In this document: one piece after another, positions 50,340-62,621 of the stretch | Numbering within the stretch: position 1 is the first letter of the stretch | How the letters are laid out: every line of letters starts with the position of its first letter | NCBI GenBank assembly: GCA_000934665.2 | Contig: JYFJ02002064.1 | Span: 1 to 63,674, forward strand | Length of the DNA stretch: 63,674 bases | DNA from: Catajapyx aquilonaris | Lineage: Eukaryota | Reading direction: 5' to 3' | Made by a program: the position numbers and the translations under genes | The notes under the pieces: generated by a model | What the model was told of the DNA's origin: nothing | Databases searched by the model: none | The model's input: the letters and a program-made list of their open reading frames with translations, nothing else

Positions 50340-50753
50340 GGGTGGTTCCATTTCAGATCAGCCAGTGAGTGAGAAAAGGTGTCAGGTCATAGTCATCGAT
50401 TTTTTTGAAAAAAATATATGTGAAACCCACATCCAATTGAACTCATATGGAGCAATCAGTTTTACCAGATTAAATTTAGTTATCGAGATATTAATATTTC
50501 TTTCAAGGGGTACCAAAATCACAAGCACGCGAAGACGCACTTTTTCCCGCTTTTTCCATTGCTTTCAATGAGGATATCTCGGGAACTGTTCTGAGAACCA
50601 ACATGAAATTTTAAACTCATGCTTTTGGAATAACACACTGTCATTTAATGCATAAATTTACCTTATTTAATGGTACAGTCACCTGCAAAAAAATCACCAA
50701 TCTTGCATATTTTGGTCAAAATGCGCATATTTCGCAATTTATTACGCCGTTAT
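50340..50753 (+). mobile_element. Second copy of the 46420-46829 fragment
   Basis: High identity over ~400 bp. Confidence 0.75.
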
Positions 50754-51132
50754 ACCAAGATGGAATTCCACAGATTTTTAAACGTCGCCCCCACAAATCT
50801 GGGTTGATGATTTCACATGATGGGATCACCTTCAGGGGAAGGGATGAGGTCAAAAGGTCACGAGGAGGCAAGTCCCTTCACCAGCTTCAGACGATGTTCC
50901 TGAATAACAAGAAACAATGACACATTGAAGGTGACGAAAAGTAAGGAGACGGGGTAGGGGGGGAAATGTGTATACCCAAAATAATGTACACCGCCCTCCT
51001 GGGGAAGTTCACTAGCTAATTGTAATTGCAAGTGACAGGAATGTTGGGAAGGGGGAGGAAGGGGGTGAGAAAGGGAAGCTCTTCACTTATTCCAATTCAA
51101 ATATTTCAGTTTTCCAGTCCCCTTTCAGCATG

Positions 51133-52550
51133 TTAACTCTGCGAGGCTTGCCTGTTTTGCAGGAGCCATTCAACAAGCTGCGTTGAAGTCTCCAAACGTT
51201 GCAATCAGTGTTGGAAACCGGAAGGAAAAATTGTGACTAATCTGCCGCACACACAACCATGACTTGGACAATTTCCAATTTTTAAAAATTACGCAAAATG
51301 CAGGGGTGGTTTTACCTTGCAGGTTGGCCTCCCTATTGACGAACCCCATTGGTGTTAGCTGCTCCATTTGGGTGCGGTATCGCTCCACTGGAGGTTGATT
51401 GCTTCCCGGACTCTGCCCTGCCATTGCCGACATCTACAAAAAGGGACAGCTACAGTTTGCGTTCCTGCACTGGCAGTATTAATTTCGAGATCAAATGTGT
51501 CGTACCATTCTAGCCATGAACTGGTTGAAAATGTCCTGATTCTCGCCAAGATTTGGGACGCCAGCTGGCCTGCTCTGAGTGCTGCTGTCTCCTCCTAATG
51601 TGGGTGACGCGGCTATTGTGTTCTGTGAGGATGGTGTGGTGGTGCTGGTCCCGGTGGTGGTTGGGAGGCTTCCAGTGAAAGCTTGATTGCAGTGATTGCT
51701 GGGTTGCGGGCAAGCTCCATCGTCTGGCGCAGAAGGTCCAGATAGTTCAGCATGTGGGTCACCTCAGGGTTCCTCTGCACGGAACGAGAAGGATTCACAT
51801 CATCACCCAGACGATAAACGACCTAATTAGGCTTATTTTAATCAAGATCAGTGGTAATAGTTTGGAAACGTTTCTGAACGTTGGCTATGCAGGATATAAA
51901 GCTTGTGGCATTTCCCTCATACCATTTAACCCGAGACACCTGCTTGGCAAGTGTAATGGTTTTTTAAGAAGTGGTCAGACCTGTTTACATTGGGGATTGA
52001 CCTAATGACCAGAAACTGCAACAATTTATGTAGTAAAAAACACAGCCATGCAATTACAATAATTGTAAATTCGATTACCTCCATGAGCTGCTGCATCTGC
52101 TGGTTGGATGTGAGCAATTGCCTCATGTAATCAGGACTGTTCATATTCTCTGCACAAACGGGTTGTCCATAATCTTCCTCATCATGTCCAGATTGGAGAA
52201 TATCTCTCTCTGTACCCTGTGCTGAATCTCCATGAGGTTGCCTGAGCCCATCCCAAGTCCTCCGAGTCTGACCAAACCTCCCAGGCCGCCCAGGCCAAAA
52301 TAATGGAGTCGCACCAATGTCTGCGGGTCTTGAGGTAGGTGCAGGCTGCTCTGCAGGTGCGGCCAAAGACGCAGAAGTCGCCGCACCCTCTCCAGTAGAC
52401 CGATTGGTCTTGATAACCAGATGGACAGTCAGGTCATCCTTTATGTTATGTGTCTGCAAGTTCTCATGGTCCTTCATTAATCTTCCGCGCGAATATCAGG
52501 CACAGCTGCTCAGGCTCGGCATTAAAGTTCTTGGCAACAAGGGCCTTGAA
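51133..52550 (-). pseudogene. UBQLN: Ubiquilin unprocessed pseudogene
   Basis: UBL (FKALVAKNFNAEPEQLCLIFARKI/MKDHENLQTHNIKDDLTVHLVIKT), STI1 ([23 protein letters not shown]) and UBA (ERYRTQMEQLTPMGFVNREANLQ|ALIATFGD) segments. Exon remnants lie at 52079-52550, 51506-51774, 51316-51433 and 51133-51210. It has several frameshifts, a central deletion and a last acceptor changed AG to AA; no exon 1 was found. Confidence 0.9.
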
Positions 52551-53434
52551 CTGAAAAATAAAGTTACGATGACTTATTAAGACGCACTTCTCTGAAATCT
52601 GAAAGTGACATACTGTAACACAATTTGAGCTGCAAAGCGAGTCAAGAGGAGGGAAAAGATTTCGCACTTCCCGAGGTCATAGAGCGCTGGTCGAAGTTCC
52701 GCTGGATTCCTTACAACAGGTTTACCCGTGCCAAAAATCCTCCTAATCGCAAAATTCCCAGCCGTTTTGGAGATGGCAAAATGTCGACTTTTGCACTTGC
52801 CACCTTGCCCATCTGCTCGTCATATTAAGCCGCCGGAGAACAATAGCACACCCTCTCCGGAGCCCCCTTCACCCCACCTCTGACATATGGATCTACTCTA
52901 ATCCCACCTCGGTGCCTTTTTCACCGTACATCAGCTAGGGCGCATTCTCCTACTCCACACCTTTAGTTATGATGTCACGGGTTCTGTAAACGGATGCCAG
53001 CCAGCTCAGACCAATTGTTACGTAATAAGACTTGCTCTGTTCGCATCGGAGAGGGGGGGAAGTGTGGGGCGGCCGGGTGCACCTGCCTTCTATGGCCATA
53101 TTATCATCAGGGACCTTAAAGAGAGATGTTTCAATATGTACCTTGTTTATTACTGATATTAAAGACAAATGTGCCAGCCAAGTAAATGGGGAGAGGACAC
53201 TTTCACAATTCAGTTGGAACATTGCTTCTTGAGTTGAGTACAAGGGTTATGCAATTATTCATCTTGCAACTAAAGAGTCCAAATACCTGCAGTGCCATCG
53301 TCTTGATCTGATAAAATATACAAGGTACATACAGTATTAAAAGACCATTATGCCAGCCGCGTGTAAGTGCTGCATGGGGAGGGAGCACTTTCATCACTCG
53401 ATGGGAGAATGAGTATGTACAAGGGTTGCACAAG

Positions 53435-56400
53435 TCATCTTGCAACGAGAGTCCCTGCAGTGCCATCATCTTGCTCACACACACCTTCCACAACCACAGG
53501 AGCTTCATCATCAGCATCCATTGTGAAATCCCAGTTATATTTCTTGGAGACATGGGCTTCAAACCTTTCCACTTTGCTCTTCAGGACCTTGTCAACATTG
53601 CCACGGTCACGAACATTTTGAAAGAGGGTGCGCAAAGCATTGTAAATGAAATTGTTTGTGGTCACAATGTCGACAAAGCAATCTTCCGGAACTTCTTGAA
53701 TTTGAAAGTACAAGTCTGAGACAAAGTCAGAAAACAGGGTAGGGTATTTTTCCAGTGCATCATCACATGTGCAGAGTGTGTGGACCAGCTTCTTCCACTG
53801 CTCAAAAGCATCGTAACTCTGCCCAACTAGAAAGCATATAAAGGCCATCTGGATCTCTCCCAGCAGGTCTTCCTCTCTGAATCATTAAAAACAAGACACA
53901 TGTAAATAACACAAGAAAATAAAAAGCAATGATTTAAGTTACCCTTCCCCACCTGGACTCTCGTTTCATGAACTTGCCTAATTTAAATGGTGGTGTTTTT
54001 CCCTTCTGTAAATGCAACAGGTTACAGGCATAACTCACTTTGCGATGCTTCACGAATAAAGCTCTTTTCAATTGAGCTAACTATCAGTTGCTTAGATTTC
54101 ACATCCTTCAAGATTGCAAAGTTGCATCTCATGTTCACTTTTCCGTGGAATTGCCCATAGGGTGAGGCACACTTCAATGGAGGCCACACACATGATGATT
54201 TTATCGCCCAGGTGGGCTTTGACACCCACCACAGGAATTAAGTTTAAAGAATTCCCCATTTTTGAACTGCCATCTCGACATTTAGTGCAAAATACGAAGG
54301 CCCGTACACATAATGGATTTTCGAACGGGGAGTCAAGAGATAACCCCGAGTTGAGAGTTGAGCAGTCATTATGTATACAGGCCAAAGTCAGCTTACTTGT
54401 CATGGTTTTGAAGCAAAACTTCCAGGACATAAGATGAGTCCAGGCTGTATTTGGTCATGTGAGATGAGGTTGACCCATCAGGGAACCTTCGCTTCGGAAA
54501 AGGGGTGAAGTGCAGCTCTGTGCCTGGACGAGGCTTCATCTTGGGCAGCTTGGCCTCTTCTATTTCCTCTCGAGTCAGGTGAGACCTATGGTGAGATGCA
54601 CATGGCTCCTCCAGGTTCTCAGACACGTCAGGGATCAGCTCCGGTGCAGAGAGGATGCGCTTGCTCTCAGGTGCAATCAACTCCACGACTTTCTCTGTAC
54701 AAAAGTAAGCAAGGTAGTCATTCAAGCTGGAAGGGACTCTTCACAACAACTTGCATACATTTGTTACAATTGAGTTTGTATGTGGTACCAGGTGCTATTG
54801 TTATTTTACAGAAGTGCCTTGTTGTCTGTGCCTAAATACAGGGTGTCCACAAATGATGGGGCCAACGTAAAAAGATTCTAGAAAATGCAACATACAAGGT
54901 ACTGTACCAGGTGTCAATATGTCTTGCACACAAAGAAATATAAGTATTTTTCTACAAGACAAACTAAAAATCTATGGTAAGCTTTATAATTGTGATTAAA
55001 CTTTATTTAAAGCAGCATACACTAGAGGGTGACCCAAAAGTCTGGTCACATATTAGGTAATATCATCATATTGTCGGTTGCCCAGATACCAATAATTGTC
55101 AACCAACAATACTGGATTTAAGGTGCACAGACCAGCCCCTGCAACTTCCTATCTAGCCATATGGGGAAGGCTGTGAGCTTAGGGCCTGCTCACATGTGGC
55201 CACTTTAGTCGCGCGCCACAGCCACAGCCTACTGCAGTCGCTGGCTTCCGGCACTGCAAATGCTCGAGTCGGCCACTACACTCGGGCAGACGCTCACCAC
55301 AGCAGGTGGGCCAGATTCAGTGTGGCAACCAGTGGCTTTAAGAGTTTAACCCTTAACTACGTAGGTGGAGCCTGAGAGGCTTCAAGCACTATTTAAACGC
55401 ATGTAACTTTTTCATTGAATTTTATTTTCCACTGTCCTTCCGTGACTTTGTCAGAAAAATCTTCCTAAGCATGAAAAGAGATTTTTTTTTTTAGTCCCTA
55501 TTGTTTGGTTTTAAAAAATTCGTAACGAGGAACAGGTCCCTCCTGGAACCGCTCAGGCTCTATATCTCGTAGGTGAAGCCTGAGCGGTTCAAGCATGATG
55601 TAACCTTTTAATTAAGAATTTTTCCCCGTCGGAATATGCTGACTCAGCGTGTGATTTTTATGTCTTCGGAAGCCTAATGATCTGAACTGCACTTTCTGTA
55701 TGTGAAAAGTCCAATATAACAATTTAGTTGATAAGCAGAAATTTAAATGTACCGTTGGAGCCTCTCAGGCTCCACCTACGTAGTTAAAGGTGTTTCGCCC
55801 AGGGTAAAATGCATTATTGCTACTCCTTCTATGGACAAGGAATAAAATGTGCAGGCAAAACAGGAAAATTCATCTTCATCATTGCCTGGAAAGGTCGCCG
55901 CTCAAAGGACTGTACCATTCCTATTCCAAGATCTGAGGCAAGATGATGAAAGGTTTTTCCCACCCTGTATTTTCCGCAACTGATGCGTCCCAAGTATATA
56001 GGGGATAGGTGCATAGTCCTCAACTTCAGATATAAAGTCTTTGATATTAATTTCCTTCACTAATTGCGCAATCCAAGGTGGTAAACTACCCTTTCCTCAC
56101 GGCATGAAATACAGGGTCATCGAAATAGAATGTCCCATTTAAAAAACCCTATAACTCAAAAACTTGCAGACATATCTGAATGATTTAAGTTTTGAAATAC
56201 TAAGAAAGGTCTACAGTTTTGGTTTCAGGTTAGTTTTTTTTTAGATATGAGTTTCATTTATCGCTGGCAGATTAAAAAGCCTGTATTCAGTGTTGGGACA
56301 AACCCTATCAATCACATCTGGAGTTACCATTGCAATCCTATCTCGTAGGTGCTGGATATCTCTGATATTTACACCATAGACATTGTTCATGATGTTTGTT

Positions 56401-58477
56401 TTTTTTTTCCTGTACCCCGTTATCTGGCCGATAGGCCATTTCTAGGGGGGTGGGTTACCACCATTTGTGGTTTGGAGCGATACATATACGTATTTCTAAT
56501 TGCTCCAAGGGTAATTAGGAGGGGATGTGTGAAGTGCAAGTGCAATGTCGTTATATTGTCATTTAGTGAACTCCCCCGGGTGGGTTAGTCTAGCGGATAT
56601 TCCCACCCGAAACGAAGCCAGAGATGGCCCAACTCTGCACGAAAGAAGGTGGGAACCCCGGGTGGGGATTGAACGCGGGACCTTAGTTCTTGATGATTCA
56701 AATTCAGGGTCACCTCTGGCTTCGTCTTGGGTGGCATTTCCAACAGACTAAACCACCCGGGGGAGTTCACTAAAAATGGCCACATTAGGACATTGCACTG
56801 CACCTTGCACATCCCCTCCTGTCATCCTGCCCGGGGGCCCGGGCGTTTAAAAAATATGGTCTACAAGTTACAATAAAGGTCCGTGCCGCATACCCTAAAG
56901 GATCAGGCACTACCCAAGAATTATTATTAGAATTATAACTATGGTAAGACCAGAACTTTAGACATTTCTTAAACATTTCAAAACTTAAATCATTAAGATA
57001 TCTCTACAAGTTTTCAAGTTATAGTGTTGTAAAAACAGGACATTCTTTTTCGATGACCCTGTAGTGTGGACATATGACAAGGCCCGTGGGCCTGTTGTGG
57101 ACGTGAGTGGCCTGTGGCTGTGGCTCCGTGTGAATGCACCAATGCAAACCAATGGTCCACTACTGAGTGGCGCCTGGCCTTGAGCGCTTGTAGGAGCAAA
57201 GATGCTTGGGCCTGCCACTCAATCGCGCGATCAAGCAACTTCCAAGCCACTCCGAGCCCACAGATGCCTACCCTCGCCACTGCAGTGGTCACGTGTGAAT
57301 GTTCCCATTGAATCCTGTGTATAAGCAACGGTGGCCAGTTGGCGAGTGTCTACAACTAAAAGTGGCCACGTGTGAACCGGGCCTTAGTTGTGCTCCCCCC
57401 CCCCCATGGTAGAATGTTCTATTGGGCGCTGGCGTCAGTCCACAGAGCCCTACTTTCAGGGTCACGTTCAGGCGGACTCTTTTCTGAACCAGCCTAAACC
57501 ATTCTTTCCAATGCACCTGGGTCAGTCGAGTAATTTCCAGAACCAGCCACCTGAACAAGGCCCAAAGTAGTGCTCTGTGGAGGGATGGCAGCGCCAAGTC
57601 CATCTGCACCTAAGCTCACACATAGGGGGAGGGAGTTGCGCGACCTAGGTAATACGCCATGGTCCAGACTTTTGGGTCACCATGTATGTACGAGGTACAG
57701 TAGTACAAAAAGAACCTGCAAATAGCTAATTTCCAGCGTGTCTAGGGCCACTTTCTGATAATCCGTGCTTTCCGATAATCCGGCCACACCCGTGCAGCCA
57801 TTGGCCCGAATAGTTGTGAGTGCAGCGTACACGGAACTGTGTGAACTGCATGATGTATGACTACCTGTAATCCTCCCAGCCAGAGATATCCACTTCCTCC
57901 AGCTGGTGTAAGGATATGCTCCCAGGTGCTGATCCAAGTCCTTGAGCCTGGTCTGCAGGGCAGATTTGTCTTCTTCGCTGATGTCTGAAACAACATGCGA
58001 GCATACCATTAGCGCCCTCCAGTCCAAGTTGGAAGGCAAGAATGCCCCCCCTCTCTCTCTCTCTGCCGCTTCTGAATGTGGCAATCCACTGGTCACATCA
58101 TGTGATTGGCACGAGTATACCTTCTTCAGAAATGTCTTCCTTCAGGCTGTCCCACTTCTTGGCAACCAGCTCCTTCAGACTGAAGAAGTGGAAGAATCCC
58201 GTCCTGGGCGCGGTGTCTCCTTCCTTGTTTGTGGCACTGTGGAAGAGAGAGAGGGTGGTGGTGTCAGTGCCCAGCTCCAGTGGGGGGGCCAGAGAGACCT
58301 GACCGACCTGTAGTAGATGAAGTGCACCCCTGGAGGGATCATCTTGACCCCTCTGAACTTCTCCCCAGTGTTCCAGGAGTTGAGGTCTATCCCGAACTCG
58401 GTCCCTGGAGTCACGTTGAGGAAGACCAGCGTCCCTCCCTCCTCCAGCAGGTGGCAAGCTACTCCCTGGTCCATCAT
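53435..58477 (-). CDS. AAR2: Protein AAR2 homolog (U5 snRNP assembly factor), 5 exons, 381 aa, intact
   Basis: Exons 58308-58477, 58121-58236, 57865-57984, 54397-54694 and 53435-53876, all GT-AG and frame-consistent. Motifs [46 protein letters not shown] and [22 protein letters not shown]. Confidence 0.96.
55350..55790. mobile_element. piggyBac-like MITE
   Basis: TTAA|CCCTTAACTACGTAGGTGGAGCCTGAGAGGCT...AGCCTCTCAGGCTCCACCTACGTAGTTAAAGG. The right TTAA is not preserved. Confidence 0.7.
56112..57061. mobile_element. Mariner-type non-autonomous element containing two SINE fragments in opposite orientation (56441-56685, 56708-56845)
   Basis: TA|CAGGGTCATCGAAA.AGAATGTCC...GGACATTCTTTTTCGATGACCCTG|TA. 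The inner repeats match the SINE at 61600-61776. Confidence 0.75.
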
Positions 58478-58961
58478 ACTGGCTGCTGCCCAGCAAGGAA
58501 GGAAGCAAGTTCAGACCCAGAGACCCAAGAAAGAAGGAACACCGAACACGGGCGCATACCATCGACACATAATTGCCGATAGTATCACAGCAGGAGAAGT
58601 AGTAGTAGTAGTAGTAGGTCGGTAGGAGCGATGACGTCACCCACCCTTGAGAGGAGCGCTTCATTCGAATCGAAGGGATATATAGTATATATTGTATATA
58701 AAACAATGCTGCATTGAGACTCGAGAGGTCCTTGTTGTGTTGAGGGGGTTGAGGGAAGATACATTTTGGTAGGTGTGAAAATTATGAAACCGGATTTGAT
58801 CCATGAAAGGAAGTTTCTTTGAGGCATACTACACGGAGTTTCAGGTCATTATCGTTTCAGGATCACTCATTGCGATGCATTTTAATTCCTTTGGGGTCCG
58901 ACCCCACGGCAGGGTTCCAGGGTTAATATTCTTTGCGAAAGTGATCAAATGAATATTTCAG

Positions 58962-59276
58962 GGCTCGAGCGAGCAGTTAGAGACGTTGACAAAGGAAGTA
59001 GAGAAACTTCGAAATGGCAGCATGGTCAGCCTGGGTTCACAGCTCTGCAAGAGGTCAGCAAACCACGTGTCAAGGGTCGAGCAGAACTTAGTGTTGCAGA
59101 AATTGCAGGACGGGATTGCGATCAAAGCAGGAGAAGCCTTCAAGGAATCCGAAGACAGGATAAGAGAGGAGGTCAAAATGGCAGCCGGTGTCGTCCAGTG
59201 GTCATCAGCCAACCAGACCCAAACTGTGATTGGTGACAAACTGGATCTCTTCTCCCTCAAGTGCATCGATGGACAG
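58962..59276 (+). CDS. Probable exon of an unidentified coiled-coil protein gene divergent from AAR2
   Basis: Acceptor gaatatttcag followed by 105 open codons (GSSEQLETLTKEVEKLRNGSMVSLGSQLCKRSANHVSRVEQNLVLQKLQDG...), with coding-like composition and an open antisense shadow frame. Possible first exon ATG58803-58844 (MKGSFFEAYYTEFQ|gt). The donor at 59277 is weak. Confidence 0.4.
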
Positions 59277-60134
59277 GTCGAGGGTCAGCACACCTTGTGC
59301 TTATTCATTGAGCATGTTTTTAAAAGGTGTTACATCTGCCTATATATATAAATTTAATTTTGAAATTGCCACTCTACTCTCCCGATAGTCCCTATAAGTA
59401 AGATCCTCGTGTCAAAACAACAATGAGAATAATTTTCCTTGTTCTTGTCCTTGTTCTTGTTGGGAGGACGTTTTTTTGTCAAGCATATCTCAAAACCCGT
59501 TGCAAGTACAGCCTTCATATTTTGAACACGTATCCGGCCCGACGTGCTGCAGTGCCCGATCCCCTACACAAAAAACCCAAGGACGTAAAAGAACCCCGAA
59601 ATAAAATTATTAATGAATAATTCATTATGAGCAGCAATGCGTGCAACTCGAATCCATGTGTGAAAATAGTCACACACTATTTAGAATATTATTTTGTGTA
59701 AATATCATCTCTACACTTTATGCGGAATTACGTACGCTAGCTGCTTAAATAAATATAATAAATATGCTTTACCTTTATTTTCATTACATCTCTATATATC
59801 TATAAATAAGGAAGTTTGTTTGTGAGTTTGTGAGTTTATGTTTCAGCTTCCGAAAATGAACCTTACTCCCACAACACGCACATATTTTCCCGAATCTTCT
59901 CACTTCCTACATGAATAACAATATTTGTCATGCATGCTATTATGACAGGTTAACATAAACAGTCTTAAAAGATATTGCTTACGGATATTATTATTAATGC
60001 TGAATTTATGCAGAGGTTATTAATGATACGCAAAGAAAGTATGAGTCATATGATGGACCACATTGATTAATCCAACAAATGACTCCAGAATTGAATATCC
60101 ACGCGATAGAACACATTAGCTGTCCTTTTTATTA

Positions 60135-60889
60135 GGGAGAGGGCTGTACCATGGAACACTTTTTCAACATTTATTTTTATTTATTAAAGTTGTTCATGTT
60201 TTCAACATGTGAAACTGTCCATGTATAAAGCATATTGTTGCCCACACAATGGAACTTACTCATTTTGTATGTCACTAATAACTTCACTAAAAATAATTAA
60301 TATGTGATAGTGTTGCAAATGTTCCAAGGTACAACATGCTGATGTACCTTGGAACAATCTGATGTATCCTTGGAACAATTTATTTTCCAGCATGATATTA
60401 GGCTCAACAATGCAAATATTTTATTTCATGTTGTAGTTTTCATTCTTTTCAAAGCCAATTTTGAACACTATTCTTGATGACAGCCTGACACAACACACTA
60501 ACTGATGTGTTCCAAGGTACATGCAGGGCTACTTTTAGAAATGAACTTGCCTCTCTTTCGTGCATTACATGATTGGTAGGTAATAATGATTCAGCACTGT
60601 AGACTATTGGTGTACACTTCAGAGCAGAACTTCATCTACTACAAATCTGTTATATGACAGGAGCAATAATCGACAAAAGGCCTGCCAAAAAACTTACTTT
60701 TGAGTATGAAAAAACAACTCCGCCACTCACTGTCACACCCTTCTCCAAAATCGCTACCTGCTAGAGTCTGCTTCCAACTAGGGGGCATATGCATCCTTTG
60801 ATTCAGAAAGTGGCCGGTACATGTCAACACGAGCTGTGGTACATTGAGTGTTCCAAGGTACGTTGTACTCAAGGTACAGCCCTCTCCCC
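60135..60889. mobile_element. pogo-like MITE nested in the Helitron
   Basis: TA|GGGAGAGGGCTGTACCATGGAACAC...GGTACAGCCCTCTCCCC|TA, with internal GTTCCAAGGTAC repeats. Confidence 0.8.
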
Positions 60890-61599
60890 TACCTCAAAGA
60901 GACGGGAAATATAAACATGCCAGAGCCCACTCGGAGAGGCATTGCTAGCATGTTGGATTACCATGGAATACGGGTGGAAAGTATAAAAACCCTAGGGGAT
61001 AACAAGAATTAGATGCAGTACGTAGTGAACCTTTGTTGGATCATATTGAATCATCTTGATACCAGGTAAGCCATGTCTCTTATATCAAATTTCCATCTGC
61101 AAAGGTTTTTCTTTATACAGTTGTAGATGTAAGCATGTAGCATGTATTTATCACCAAAGAGAAGCCAATGTGAAATTTGAAGATGTTAGATATTAGTATT
61201 AATGGTGTGTAACTACGGATAAGGCAAATGTAACAATGACAGTGTAACCCCTAGCATTATTGTATGTCTTTGAATCTATATATTATCCCGCTGTTGGGAC
61301 AGAGATGCCAATATTAGAAAAAGTTGGAATAAAATAGTAAAACATGATTTTAGCCAGACATTACGGAGTACCAAATAAAGAAGTCAATGAAATCTTTCCC
61401 CGACTGATGTTATTTCCATCCAGTACTAATCTCATTTAACATTAGTTCAGCCACTACCTGCGGTGGTCTGACATATTGTCAATATATCAATTTGCATTCC
61501 CATGGAAATGCCTTTTTAAAAATATGGCTATTTACCTCTCTGCATCGTACCGCAGGGAGGAAACCTTTATTTCGTCTTGATGGAACCTTTTTGACGTAG

Positions 61600-61776
61600 C
61601 GCCCGGGCCCATGGGCAGGGTGACTAAGGTCCAAGTGCAATTCTCAAAGGGTACATTTTGTGAACTCCCCCGGGTGGGTTAGTCTGAGGAGATTCCACCC
61701 GAAACGAAGCCAGAGACGACCCAACTCTGCACGAGATGAAGGGGGAAACCCCGGGCTGGGATCGAACCCGGGACCT
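61600..61776 (-). mobile_element. tRNA-derived SINE fragment
   Basis: Minus-strand B box GGTTCGATCCC; homologous to 56520-56685. Confidence 0.65.
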
Positions 61777-62621
61777 GCACATCCGTGGGCGCATTTCCGC
61801 AGCCCCCCTTCGTCTCCCCTATATGCCCTTATGCCACAATACCTATAGCAAATTAAACCATCTCCATAAATTCAGCGCATCGACCAATTACGCTAATTGG
61901 CCACCTCATGTGAGTTCGTATCTTATGGTAATTCCGGGATTTTGTGAGATTTTAAAGTAGACTTCCAGACAAAAGTAAATACAATAAAATAATACAGTAT
62001 TTACAAATATTACTCCGTGTTGAAAACAAAATTTTCCACCATGTATCTGTACGCACAAAATCTAAAGTTCTTTAGAGCAAACATATGGAACGAGGTGGGG
62101 GTGTGATTGTAACTTATAAGGCCTATTTTAAGACATCTCGAGTTTCGAGTGTATATATGGAAGAGAAATTTTTACAAACAAACACACTTCCTAATATACT
62201 GTGTATGTACCCCTACCTTTACCAGCACCCCAACATACCCGGGCAACGTAGGGTAACCTGCTAGTGATACATAAATACAGTGAGAAGGAGTAGGAAGGAA
62301 GGAAGGAAGGAAGGACCTGATCTGGGCAAAGGATAGTGAGAAAGAGGGGTGAGCCCCCTATAGTCTAACTCCTATTTATGGAGTCCCTCACTCTGGGGGT
62401 CAAGGGTAGGTGGCTTGGGGAGGATTGGAAAAGGGTTGCAAGAAGGACGCGGGGTCATGACCCGATAAGTCAGTGGAGGAGAGTAGAGGGTGAGCTGGAC
62501 AGGAAGGGACTAATTAGGAGGAGGGGGAAGGTTGGTGGTGAGGAAGGACTGGTATAGTCTGGAGAGATTTGGCTCGTTGCTGACCATTGGTCACTGTAGC
62601 TACAGCATTGGCATCAGAAAT

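Larger units (their letters stand above)
55182..57383. mobile_element. PIF/Harbinger-type element in AAR2 intron 3, hosting nested inserts
   Basis: TTA|GGGCCTGCTCACATGTGGCCACTTT...AAAGTGGCCACGTGTGAACCGGGCC|TTA. Confidence 0.7.
59789..62264 (+). mobile_element. Non-autonomous Helitron
   Basis: 5' A|TCTCTATATATCTATAAATAAG followed by GTTT repeats. The 3' hairpin TACCCGGGCAACGTAGGGTA is followed by CTAG|T. The A-T target and lack of a TSD fit rolling-circle insertion. Confidence 0.8.

Noticed and set aside
51926..52477. Functional ubiquilin gene
   Set aside because: Homology shifts frame repeatedly, the central region is deleted and one splice acceptor is lost, so it is treated as a pseudogene.
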